Assembly (NCBI GenBank): GCA_040081625.1
Contig: JBEBGD010000107.1
Coordinates: 1-18,785, forward strand
Reading direction: 5' to 3'
Source of the DNA: Chthoniobacteraceae bacterium
GTDB lineage: Bacteria; Verrucomicrobiota; Verrucomicrobiia; Chthoniobacterales; Chthoniobacteraceae
DNA length: 18,785 nt
In this document: positions 1 through 8,352 of the stretch, piece by piece
How the letters are laid out: each line of letters opens with the position of its first letter
Position numbering within the stretch: the stretch's first letter is position 1
Notes under the pieces: model-generated
The model's input: the letters and a program-made list of their open reading frames with translations, nothing else
What the model was told of the DNA's origin: nothing
The model's database searches: none
Translations under genes and position numbers: made by a program

Positions 1-3000
1 ACTGTTGAGCGTGCCGTTTTCCATGCGCCAGCCGTTGCCGGTCTTCTCGACCACGTCGGGGGTGAGCGGGGCGAGCAGGTCTTCCCAGTCACCGGCGGGT
101 TTGGCGGCGGCGGGCTGGTCGTTGAGCGACTCCGGCTCCCAGATGCGGGTGGGGTTGCCGTCGCCCGCGCAGCCGAGGCGTCGGCCGCTTGGACTGAAGG
201 TGAGCGTCTCGGGCGCGGACAGCATGCCTCGGAATTCCTCCAGCAGTCGGCCAGTCTCGAGGTTCCACAGCTTTACGCTCAAGTCGGCGGAGGCAGTAGC
301 CACGATGGGCTTGGTGGGATGCCAGGCGAGCGCGGTGATGGGGCCATCGTGCGCGCGGAATTCCTGCTGCACGGCCAGAGTGGCGGCATCGCGGATGCGC
401 ACCTTCTTGTCCGCACCGGCTTCGGCGAAGCGGCGGCCATCCGGCGCGACGGCGAGCACGTCCATCGCGGTGCGGTGAGTCGCTGTTTGCACGATCTGGC
501 CGGTGGTGGCGTCGAAAAGGACGATTCTTTCCTCGGAACCGGGTTGGCCGCGATTCGCCTTTGCGGTGCCCAGACCCAACAGTTGCTTGCCGCCGCTGAG
601 CCAGCCGAGGTCCCAGAACGTCTTCAAGTCCTTGCCATCCAGGCTGACCAGTTGCTTGCCGGTGCTGGCATCCAACACATCTGCCCGTTCGAGGCTATTT
701 TGGATGGTCGCCAGACGATCGCCGACGGGATTGAGCCGGAGCAGGGCCAGGGCGTAAGGCGATTTGAATACGGCAGCCTTCTCGACTTGGGCACCGGGGT
801 TGCGCAGCAGAAAGACGTCGTTGACGCCCCTGCCGAAAAGATTGCCAGCGATGAGACCGATGGCGGCGAAGCAGCCATCCGCGCTCACGCTGGGCAGGCG
901 ATACTGGATACTGGGCGGAGTCCAAAGCAGGTCGGGGGTGCCGGGTTGGAGCTTTTGCAGCGCGGCTCTTTGCCCCTGTGTGGCGGCAAAGACCACATCA
1001 TCCGATCCCCAAAAAGCGACGCTTGACCTGCCATTGCCGCCGATCAGGGTCCACTTCTCCGGCGCGCCGGTGAGATTCCAGGCACGCGTGTTTTGACCGG
1101 CTACCACCAGTTCGCCGGAGAGCGGATGCACGGACGCACCGGTGATGGCGCCGACGCCGCCGAGTAGTGTTTGCAACGGTGCGCCGGTGTTCGCATCCCA
1201 GAGCTGAATGGCCTGTCGTCCATCGGCCAGCTCGGTCACGCTCACAAAGCGGCCACCGTCCGGAGTGAACGCGATGTGCTGAAAAGGGCGATCATGCACC
1301 CGGAATTCGAAAGCAACCGCCGCGTTCTCCAGGAACACGCCTTGGATCTTGCCTTTATCGGCGTCCTTCCCGCCAATAACCACCATTTTGCCATCAGGCC
1401 GGAGGGCAAGGGAGCTTGCAAGCAGTCTGCTAAGTTCGCGCACGAGAGTGCCGTCCTGGGCACTTACCAAGCGGAGGCACCGGCGGTCGTTGTGAGTGAT
1501 CATCTGCTGGCTGTCCACGGTGAAGGTTCCCGTGAGACCGCCACCGCCGGGCTCATCCTTCCAGCGGAATTGGCCGTTGGCCGCGTCCCAGACGGTGAGG
1601 AGTCTCCTGCCAAACTCCGACTGGAGGAGCTGCCGTCCATCCGGGCTAAACTCGAGTTTCAACGTGCCTCGTGTTTCCCAATCCAACAGCTTCGTTCCGT
1701 CGCGCGTGCTGTGGATGACGATGCGGAGCACGTCCCCCCGCCCGATGGCGATGCGCTCTCCATCCGGCGAGAAGGCGAGTTTCATGGTGAGATTTCGATT
1801 TCTGGCGGACCGCAGTGGGAAACCGGGATCGAATTCCAGCAGGCGGGTGCCGGTGCGCACTTCCATGAGAATGACTTTGCCTTGGTCAGCGATGGCGAAA
1901 ACGCCGGGACGCTGCGGATGCGCGGCCACACTCTCTATCTCGGTGCCGTCGGTCCGGATGCGGGCGATGGAGGTGTCGGACTGATCGAGCAGGTAGCCAT
2001 ACGTGGAGTCGCGCAAATCCTCGGGCACCTGGGCCAGCGCGGCCTGCATCTCCGGGCCATTGCCCTCGCGCTGCGCCGCCTCGGCGAGGTTGAGCGCGGC
2101 CTTCGCAAGCGACTGGCGCGCGGCTTCTTTTTCCTGGATGGCGACAGCTTCGGAGGCCTTCGCCGATTCTTCCCCCGCGACGGCGCGACGTTCCTTCGCG
2201 CGGAGATTGATGACGAACCACACCGCAAGCGCCGTGACGATGAACCACGCCGCCGCAGCAGTGGTAAAGATGCCCTTGTTGCGCCGGATGAGCAGCACGA
2301 GCTGCTTCGCCAGCCCCGCGTGCTCGGCCTTCGTGGCAAAGCCGGCCTGATACGCCTCGATGTCCGCGCTGAACTCGGCGACCGACTGATAACGCTGCGC
2401 CTTGTCCAGCCGCAGCGCCGTCATCGCCACCGACGAGAGCGCCGCCGGCACGCGCCCGCCCGGCGTGTGCGGCAACGGCTTGATCAACTTCGCTTCGAGC
2501 ACTTCGCCCTTTTTCGTCGCTTTGCCTTTGCCCGTCGTGCCCTGCAAAGCCGATGGCGAAGTGATCTGGGCGCTGGTGACTTTCTTCAACACCTCGTCGA
2601 GCGTCGCGCCCTCGACCGGCGGCCGCAGCGTGAGGATCGCGTAAAGAATCCCGCCGAGCGAGAAGATGTCCGAGCGTTCATCGAGCGCATCGATCTCCCC
2701 GCGCGCCTGCTCCGGCGACATGTATTGCGGCGTGCCCATCACGGAGCCTTGCATCGTGCTGCCGAATTGTTCCGGGGCAGGCTGGCCGGGCTGAGTGCCC
2801 GCGCTGTCTTCTCTTTGGCCGAGCACCTTCGCGATGCCCCAGTCCATGACGAGCACCTCGCCAAACTCGCCGATCATAATGTTCTCCGGCTTGAGGTCGC
2901 GATGGATGATCCCCTTGCTGTGCGCGCAGGCCAGCGCGTCGCAGACTTTGCGGAAGACGAGCAGCAGTCGGTCGAGCGTGAAGTCCCGCAGCGCCGCGAC

Positions 3001-3402
3001 GTCTTCCTTGCGCAGGTCGGCGAGGATCGCCTGGAGCGTGCGCCCATTGACGCGCTTCATCGTGTAGAAGAGCGGCACGCCGTCTTCCCACACGATGTCG
3101 TGGATGGGCACGATGTTCGGATGCGAGAGCAGCGCCAGCACTTCCGCCTCGCGCAGGAAACGCTGCTTGATCCCTTCGTCGGTGTCCGAGTCGAAGATCA
3201 TCAGCTTCGCCGCGACCGTGCGCTTCAGCTTCACGTCCTCCGCCTCGAGGATGTAGCCCATCCCGCCCCGCGCGATCTCCGCGCCGAGCACGTAGTTGTC
3301 CGCGCCACTCGTCGGCGTCGCGCCGGTGGACGCGACGGGCGCGCCCGCGGGCGGGTCGATGATCGTCGGTGGCGAAGGCTCGGAGTCGTCGGGCGGATTC
3401 AT
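1..3402 (-). CDS. Membrane Hanks-type Ser/Thr protein kinase with C-terminal WD40 repeats (partial, runs off the left edge, at least 1134 aa)
   Basis: Translated by hand because it is absent from the ORF track. ATG at 3402 with GAGGGAG upstream; no stop was seen down to position 1. Kinase motifs: EIARGGMG, VAAK, RFLREA, HPNIV, HRDLKPEN, VMDWGIAK, GTPQYMSPEQ, SDIFSLG. Hydrophobic helix GIFTTAAAAWFIVTALAVWFVINL at about 2203-2274. WD40-like repeats: AFSPDG, FTPDGGRF...QLWDANTG, AHDGPITALAWHP...ATASADLSVKLWNLETG. Confidence 0.95.
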   Translation of the reverse strand, partial: MNPPDDSEPSPPTIIDPPAGAPVASTGATPTSGADNYVLGAEIARGGMGYILEAEDVKLKRTVAAKLMIFDSDTDEGIKQRFLREAEVLALLSHPNIVPIHDIVWEDGVPLFYTMKRVNGRTLQAILADLRKEDVAALRDFTLDRLLLVFRKVCDALACAHSKGIIHRDLKPENIMIGEFGEVLVMDWGIAKVLGQREDSAGTQPGQPAPEQFGSTMQGSVMGTPQYMSPEQARGEIDALDERSDIFSLGGILYAILTLRPPVEGATLDEVLKKVTSAQITSPSALQGTTGKGKATKKGEVLEAKLIKPLPHTPGGRVPAALSSVAMTALRLDKAQRYQSVAEFSADIEAYQAGFATKAEHAGLAKQLVLLIRRNKGIFTTAAAAWFIVTALAVWFVINLRAKERRAVAGEESAKASEAVAIQEKEAARQSLAKAALNLAEAAQREGNGPEMQAALAQVPEDLRDSTYGYLLDQSDTSIARIRTDGTEIESVAAHPQRPGVFAIADQGKVILMEVRTGTRLLEFDPGFPLRSARNRNLTMKLAFSPDGERIAIGRGDVLRIVIHSTRDGTKLLDWETRGTLKLEFSPDGRQLLQSEFGRRLLTVWDAANGQFRWKDEPGGGGLTGTFTVDSQQMITHNDRRCLRLVSAQDGTLVRELSRLLASSLALRPDGKMVVIGGKDADKGKIQGVFLENAAVAFEFRVHDRPFQHIAFTPDGGRFVSVTELADGRQAIQLWDANTGAPLQTLLGGVGAITGASVHPLSGELVVAGQNTRAWNLTGAPEKWTLIGGNGRSSVAFWGSDDVVFAATQGQRAALQKLQPGTPDLLWTPPSIQYRLPSVSADGCFAAIGLIAGNLFGRGVNDVFLLRNPGAQVEKAAVFKSPYALALLRLNPVGDRLATIQNSLERADVLDASTGKQLVSLDGKDLKTFWDLGWLSGGKQLLGLGTAKANRGQPGSEERIVLFDATTGQIVQTATHRTAMDVLAVAPDGRRFAEAGADKKVRIRDAATLAVQQEFRAHDGPITALAWHPTKPIVATASADLSVKLWNLETGRLLEEFRGMLSAPETLTFSPSGRRLGCAGDGNPTRIWEPESLNDQPAAAKPAGDWEDLLAPLTPDVVEKTGNGWRMENGTLNS

Positions 3403-3435
3403 GCTCCCTCTACTTTCGGATTTTCCCGTGAATCA

Positions 3436-4167
3436 TTACGCGGAAAGCATCGATTGCAGCCACGCCATCTCGGCGGGGATTTCCTCCGGCGTGAGCACCG
3501 TGTCCGCGACTTCCTCGCGCAGCAGCGCGCGGAATTTCTCCCGCAGCCGGAAGATCGCCACACCCGCCGCAGTCCCGCTCGTGCCGAGCTTCGTCGCGAG
3601 TTCGCGCTGCGAAGGCGGCGGCCCGTCGCACGTCACGAACGGCAGCAGAGCGTCGAACATCTCCGCGCGGCCCGTCTCGGCAAAGGTGGCGCGCAACTTC
3701 TCCCGCACGCTCGCAAAAAGCTCGTGCGCCCAGGCGTGCGTGAAGAGCCACTCGGGATCGCGCGTGTCCTGCGGCTCGCATGCGTAGCGTTCCTCCGCCG
3801 CCATCTGGTCGAACGAAACGTGCGTCTTCCCGCCGCCGCGTTTCTCCGCCGACCCGTGCCGGAGATGATCCGCGATCACGCGCTTGAGCACGCCGAGCAG
3901 ATACGAGCGCAACTTCCCCTGCTCGCGCCGCACCGCGTGAATCGCCTCCTCGCTCACCAGTCGCGCGAAGAACGACTGCGTGAGATCTTCCGCATCCTGC
4001 TGCCCGTGCCCGCTGCGGCGGAGGAAGGCGTAGATCGGATACCAGTAGCGTGCGCAGATCGTCTCCAGCGCCTTCGCCGCGTCCTCCGGCGAGCCGCCCT
4101 GCACGACCTGGACGAGCGTCCAGTGCGTGGTGGGGAAGGGGGAGTTGCTCGTCTCGTCGGCCGGCAT
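3436..4167 (-). CDS. ECF-type RNA polymerase sigma-70 factor (kinase-associated type)
   Basis: Start reassigned to ATG 4167 ([19 protein letters not shown]), because the longer ORF-track version overlaps the tRNA. Region 2: [11 protein letters not shown]...[10 protein letters not shown]...KLRSYLLG. Also AEKRGGG and a region 4-like [10 protein letters not shown]...[10 protein letters not shown]. 243 aa, ending TAA TGA. Confidence 0.92.
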   Translation of the reverse strand: MPADETSNSPFPTTHWTLVQVVQGGSPEDAAKALETICARYWYPIYAFLRRSGHGQQDAEDLTQSFFARLVSEEAIHAVRREQGKLRSYLLGVLKRVIADHLRHGSAEKRGGGKTHVSFDQMAAEERYACEPQDTRDPEWLFTHAWAHELFASVREKLRATFAETGRAEMFDALLPFVTCDGPPPSQRELATKLGTSGTAAGVAIFRLREKFRALLREEVADTVLTPEEIPAEMAWLQSMLSA

Positions 4168-4214
4168 CGGTGCGCGGTATGCCAGCTCCCCGTGCAGAAT
4201 GCCACACGCAAAAC

Positions 4215-4290
4215 TGGAGCCGGCTGCGGGACTCGAACCCGCGACCTGCTGATTACAAATCAGCTGCTCTACCAACTGAGCTAAGCCGGC
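4215..4290 (-). tRNA. tRNA-Thr (anticodon UGU)
   Basis: Reverse complement reads GCCGGCTTAGCTCAGTTGGTAGAGCAGCTGATTTGTAATCAGCAGGTCGCGGGTTCGAGTCCCGCAGCCGGCTCCA. It is 76 nt, with an acceptor stem, D loop, CTGAT/ATCAG anticodon stem carrying TGT, GGTTCGA T-loop and encoded CCA. Confidence 0.98.
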
Positions 4291-4378
4291 CTCGACTGAC
4301 GCCGGACGCTTTGCACGGAGGCACCGGGGCGGCAAGAAGGAACATGACTCCGCGCATGGAACTCGCTTGATCACAGCC

Positions 4379-4807
4379 ATGCCTTCTGCGTCTCCTGCCG
4401 CGATGCCCGAACTACCCGCCGAGCTAGAAATCCGAAGTGTGCTGCTCCTCGAAGACGACATCGACCTCGCGCTCGCCCTCAAGGCGCTGCTCGAGGCGCG
4501 CGATTTCATGGTCACGACCGTGACCGATGGAGTGGATGGCCTGCGCGAGATCATGGCGTTCGATTTCGACGCGATCGTCTGCGACCTGATGATGCCGAAA
4601 ATGTCCGGCGACGTTTTCTACCTCGCGGTAAAACATGCGAAGCCGCACCTGTGCTCGCGCTTCGTATTCATCACCGGCCACGCCAATGACCCGAAGATCG
4701 CGGCGTTCATCGAGCGCGTGCAGGCGCTCGTGCTTCACAAGCCGTTCCCCACCGAGGACCTCGTGCGCATGATCAAGCGCGTCACCAGCCAGTCACCCGA
4801 GGCGTAG
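4379..4807 (+). CDS. Single-domain response regulator (receiver domain)
   Basis: Receiver motifs [18 protein letters not shown] (phospho-Asp), FITGH and LHKPF; no output domain. The start is uncertain (4367 TTG, 4379 ATG or 4403 ATG). Confidence 0.9.
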   Translation: MPSASPAAMPELPAELEIRSVLLLEDDIDLALALKALLEARDFMVTTVTDGVDGLREIMAFDFDAIVCDLMMPKMSGDVFYLAVKHAKPHLCSRFVFITGHANDPKIAAFIERVQALVLHKPFPTEDLVRMIKRVTSQSPEA

Positions 4808-4862
4808 GCGGACGGTCCACTTCGAGGCTGGAAGTCGGCGGGCGCTTGTCGAATGTTCGCGC

Positions 4863-5957
4863 ATGTCTTCACTCGGCCAACTCCTCATGACCGGCGTGCC
4901 CGGGCCTGTGCTCGATGCACAGACCGCCGCGACCTTCCGCCGCATCCAGCCCGGCGCCTTCATCCTTTTCGGGCGGAATATCCAGACGCCGGAGCAACTG
5001 CGGAAGCTCATCGACGACCTGCGCGGACTGAGCGTCGTCGAGCCGATCATCACCATCGACCAGGAAGGCGGGCGCGTGTCGCGGCTCAAGCTCGTCGGCA
5101 ACGAGCCGCCGAATGCGAACCAGCTCCGCGATCGCGGCGACCTCGGCCTGATCGAACGGCACGGCGCGATCACCGCGCGGCTGCTGCGGATGTTCGGCTT
5201 CAATCTCGACCTCTGCCCGGTGCTCGACATTTCCTTCGACGACGAAGCCGACAACTCGCTCCGCGGCCGCTGCTACGGTAATGACGCCGCGCAAGTGGTC
5301 CGCAATGCCGGCGCCTTCAACGACGCGCTGCGCGCCGGCGGCGTGCTCTCGTGCGGAAAACATTTCCCCGGCTACTCGCGCTGCCCCGCCGACGCGCATC
5401 ACGAGCTGCCCACCGTCGCGGTGTCGCGCGAGGATCTCGAAGCGCACGAACTGGCGGTCTTCCGCTCAATGGCCGGGCGCATCGATTCGATGATGATCGG
5501 CCATGCGTTTTATCCCGCGCTGGAGCAGGGGAGCACGCCATCATCGCTCTCTCGCGTCGTCGTGAACGACTTGCTCCGCGGCGAACTCGGTTTCCGCGGG
5601 CTCGTGATGACCGACGACCTCGACATGGGCGCGATCCTCAATCACTTCGGCCTCGAGGAGACGATCCGCCTCGCGATCACCGCGGGCAACGATGTCGCGA
5701 TGATCTGCCACCGCGTCGAAGTCGTCGAGCAGGCGCTCGGTTTCCTCGCGAGCGTGCCGCGCCCCGATCTGGATCGCGCGCTCGCCAATGTCGCCGCGTG
5801 CAAGGCGAAGCTCGCGCCGCCGGAGCCGTGGGATGAGGCGGAGTTCCGCCGCCGCGACGCGGAAGTGTATGACCTGCGCGTCGCCACGCTCGGCGCCGAG
5901 CGCGCAGCGCAGCGCAGCCCCGAAGACGGCAAGCGCTCGCCGGTGGAGGTCTATTGA
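4863..5957 (+). CDS. nagZ: Glycoside hydrolase family 3, beta-N-acetylhexosaminidase (NagZ-like)
   Basis: Motifs GAFILFGRN, IDQEGGRVSRL, KHFPGY...DAH, MIGHAFYP and nucleophile MTDDLDMGA. Single-domain size (364 aa), no obvious signal peptide. Confidence 0.85.
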   Translation: MSSLGQLLMTGVPGPVLDAQTAATFRRIQPGAFILFGRNIQTPEQLRKLIDDLRGLSVVEPIITIDQEGGRVSRLKLVGNEPPNANQLRDRGDLGLIERHGAITARLLRMFGFNLDLCPVLDISFDDEADNSLRGRCYGNDAAQVVRNAGAFNDALRAGGVLSCGKHFPGYSRCPADAHHELPTVAVSREDLEAHELAVFRSMAGRIDSMMIGHAFYPALEQGSTPSSLSRVVVNDLLRGELGFRGLVMTDDLDMGAILNHFGLEETIRLAITAGNDVAMICHRVEVVEQALGFLASVPRPDLDRALANVAACKAKLAPPEPWDEAEFRRRDAEVYDLRVATLGAERAAQRSPEDGKRSPVEVY

Positions 5958-7441
5958 GCGCGCTGCTCCGCGCCACTCAACTCACGAAATCTTTCGGCGC
6001 CGTGCGCGCGCTGCGCGGGGTGTCGTTCGATCTGCGCGTAGGCGAAGTTCACGCGCTGCTCGGGGAGAACGGCGCGGGCAAATCGACGCTCATCAAAGTC
6101 ATCACCGGCGCGCACGCACCGGACTCCGGCACGCTCGAGGTCGGAGGCGAACCGGTCCCGCACTTCAACCCGCGCGAGGCGCATCGTCGCGGGATCGCGT
6201 GCATCTACCAGCAGCCTGCGTTGTTTGCCGACCTTAGCGTTGCGGAAAATATCGCACTGCGCCTCGATCAGCCGCGTGCGTTTGAACTGGCGCGTGCCAC
6301 GGAGCGGCGCGCTCGTGCTGCGGACCTGCTTGCGCGCATCGGCGCCGGGATCGCGCCGGAGCGCGAGGTGCGCGAGCTTTCGATGCCCGAGCAGCAGCTC
6401 GTCGAGATCGCCTGCGCGATCGGCTCCGGCGCGCGCGTCGTCATCATGGACGAGCCGACCGCGTCGCTCACGCAGAAGGAGCAGCACCTTCTCTTCGCTG
6501 TCGTGCGCGAGCTGCGCGCGAGCGGCGCCGGCATCATCTATATTTCGCACCGGCTCGAGGAAATATTTGCGCTCGCCGATCGCGTCACCGTCCTGCGCGA
6601 CGGCGAGAGCGTCGGCACGAACGCGATCGACGAGATCGATGAAGCGAAGCTGATCGCCATGATGGTCGGTCGCGAGGTGACGCACCTCTTCCCCCCCGCG
6701 GAATGTCCGCCTGGCGAGGTCGTGCTCTCGCTGCGCGACATCGGCTGCTCGCTGAGCGGAGTGCGCGATGTGTCGTTCGACGTGCGCGCGGGCGAGATCG
6801 TCGGGCTTGCGGGACTCGTCGGCGCCGGGCGCACGGAACTCGCGCGCGTCATCTTCGGCCTCACTCCCGCCGATCGCGGCGGGATCGTGCTCGATGGCGC
6901 GCGCGTCGTCGTGGATGACCCGCGCGTCGCGATCGCGCATGGCATCGCCTATGTGCCGGAAGACCGGCGCAGACATGGCGTGATCCTCGAGATGCCGATC
7001 GCGCAGAACATTTCGATGGCGAGCCACAGCCGCGACCTCGGATGGCTGCGCGACGCGGCGGAGTTGCGCGTGGCGGAGGATTTTATCGTGAGCCTCGGCA
7101 TCAAGGCCGCCGGACCGGACGCTACTGGCTCTTCGCTCAGCGGCGGGAATCAGCAGAAGGTCAGCGTCGCGCGCTGGCTCGCGACGAAGCCGCGCGTGCT
7201 CATCCTCGACGAGCCGACGCAGGGCGTCGATGTGGCCGCCAAGAGCGAGATTCACAAGATCATCCGTCGCCTCGCCGCCGACGGCCTCGCGGTGTTGATG
7301 ATCTCGAGCGACCTGCCGGAGATCATCGGCATGAGCGACCGCATCGGCGTCATGCGCGGCGGCACGCTCGCCGCGATGCTTCCCGGAGGAAGTGACGCCC
7401 ACACCGTGATGAGCGCGGCACTTGGCAAGGAGGCCGCGTGA
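5954..7441 (+). CDS. Sugar ABC transporter ATP-binding protein (CUT2, RbsA/RhaT-like, two ABC domains)
   Basis: Walker A GENGAGKST, IMDEPTASL, YISHRLEE, LSGGNQQK and LILDEPTQGVD. The TTG start overlaps the nagZ stop (TTGA). Confidence 0.95.
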   Translation: MSALLRATQLTKSFGAVRALRGVSFDLRVGEVHALLGENGAGKSTLIKVITGAHAPDSGTLEVGGEPVPHFNPREAHRRGIACIYQQPALFADLSVAENIALRLDQPRAFELARATERRARAADLLARIGAGIAPEREVRELSMPEQQLVEIACAIGSGARVVIMDEPTASLTQKEQHLLFAVVRELRASGAGIIYISHRLEEIFALADRVTVLRDGESVGTNAIDEIDEAKLIAMMVGREVTHLFPPAECPPGEVVLSLRDIGCSLSGVRDVSFDVRAGEIVGLAGLVGAGRTELARVIFGLTPADRGGIVLDGARVVVDDPRVAIAHGIAYVPEDRRRHGVILEMPIAQNISMASHSRDLGWLRDAAELRVAEDFIVSLGIKAAGPDATGSSLSGGNQQKVSVARWLATKPRVLILDEPTQGVDVAAKSEIHKIIRRLAADGLAVLMISSDLPEIIGMSDRIGVMRGGTLAAMLPGGSDAHTVMSAALGKEAA

Positions 7442-8352
7442 AGCGTGCGCGCGAACTCTCCGTCGCCGCAGTGCTCGCGCTGTTGCTCCTTTCGCTTGCG
7501 ATTTTTGCGCCGAACTTCTTCTCCCCTCAGCCGCTGCTTTCCCGGCTCGCTTCGCAAATGCCGGCGCTCGTCGCGGCGATCGGGATCAGTCTCGTCATCA
7601 TCTGCCGGCAGATCGACATCTCAGTCGGCTCGCAGTTCGGGATGTGCGCAGTGCTGGCCGGGCTGATGAGCGCTGCGGGATTGCCGATTCCGGTAGTTTT
7701 GATCGCGAGCATCAGCGCAGGTGCGGCGATGGGCGCGGTGAATGGCGCGCTCGTCGCGTGGCTCGGCCTGCCGAGCATCGTCGTGACGCTCGCGACGATG
7801 GTGACGTGGCAGGAGACGCTGCGGCTGTGGCAGCAAGGCCGTTTGCTGAATCTGCCTGCGGGCGTGCAGTGGTTCGGATTGGAGCAATGGAAAGGGCAGT
7901 CGGCGCTGATCGTGTTTGCGGTGGCGCTGGTCGCATTCGGCGCGTGGGTGCTGCGGCGCGTGAACGCCGGTCGCTTTGTGTATGCTGTCGGGAGCGATGC
8001 GGAGGCTGCGCGGCTCGCGGGCATCAATCCGCGCCGCGTTACGTTCGGCGTCTTCGCGCTGATGGGTGCGCTGGTCGGGCTCGCGGCGGTGATGAATGTG
8101 GTGCAATCGCCGCAGGTGCAGCCGACATGCGGCGAAGGCCTCGAACTCAAGGTCATCGCCGCCGCGGTCGTCGGCGGAATCGCGGTGAGCGGTGGACGCG
8201 GGAATCTGTGGGGCGTGCTGCCTGGCCTGCTGCTGCTCGCGAATGTGAACCCCGCGCTCACGCACTTCCACGTGCAGGCATATTGGGAGAAGGCGATCCA
8301 GGGTCTCGTGATCCTGCTCGCCGTCGTGGCGGATCGGAGGGCCGCGCGATGA
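7438..8352 (+). CDS. Sugar ABC transporter permease (RbsC/RhaP-like)
   Basis: Hydrophobic, with IDISVGS, LPSIVVTLA, YAVGSDAEAARLAGIN and ELKVIAAAVVGG. GTGA overlap with the ATPase stop. Confidence 0.93.
   Translation: MKRARELSVAAVLALLLLSLAIFAPNFFSPQPLLSRLASQMPALVAAIGISLVIICRQIDISVGSQFGMCAVLAGLMSAAGLPIPVVLIASISAGAAMGAVNGALVAWLGLPSIVVTLATMVTWQETLRLWQQGRLLNLPAGVQWFGLEQWKGQSALIVFAVALVAFGAWVLRRVNAGRFVYAVGSDAEAARLAGINPRRVTFGVFALMGALVGLAAVMNVVQSPQVQPTCGEGLELKVIAAAVVGGIAVSGGRGNLWGVLPGLLLLANVNPALTHFHVQAYWEKAIQGLVILLAVVADRRAAR

Noticed and set aside
3403..3438. Possible ECF-kinase fusion by readthrough (both genes are in the same frame)
   Set aside because: The ECF ends with tandem TAA TGA, and the kinase has its own GAGGGAG ribosome-binding site.
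4172..4204. Sigma-54 promoter suggested by the TGGCA motifs
   Set aside because: Neither copy has the required GG-N10-GC spacing.
1171..4284. 1037-aa plus-strand ORF
   Set aside because: It is an antisense shadow of the kinase, ECF and tRNA. Both real genes share one frame, and the translation is Arg/His-rich with no recognisable motifs.
4168..4554. N-terminal extension of the ECF ORF (372-aa version)
   Set aside because: It overlaps the tRNA and the opposite-strand response regulator; recognisable sigma sequence starts at ATG 4167.
5951..7402. 483-aa minus-strand ORF and similar antisense ORFs (11860-13119, 15572-16804)
   Set aside because: They are shadows of well-supported genes on the opposite strand and have no motifs of their own.
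7422..8348. N-terminal half of the 634-aa ORF
   Set aside because: It is an alternate frame over the first permease; the real gene starts at 8349 or 8364.
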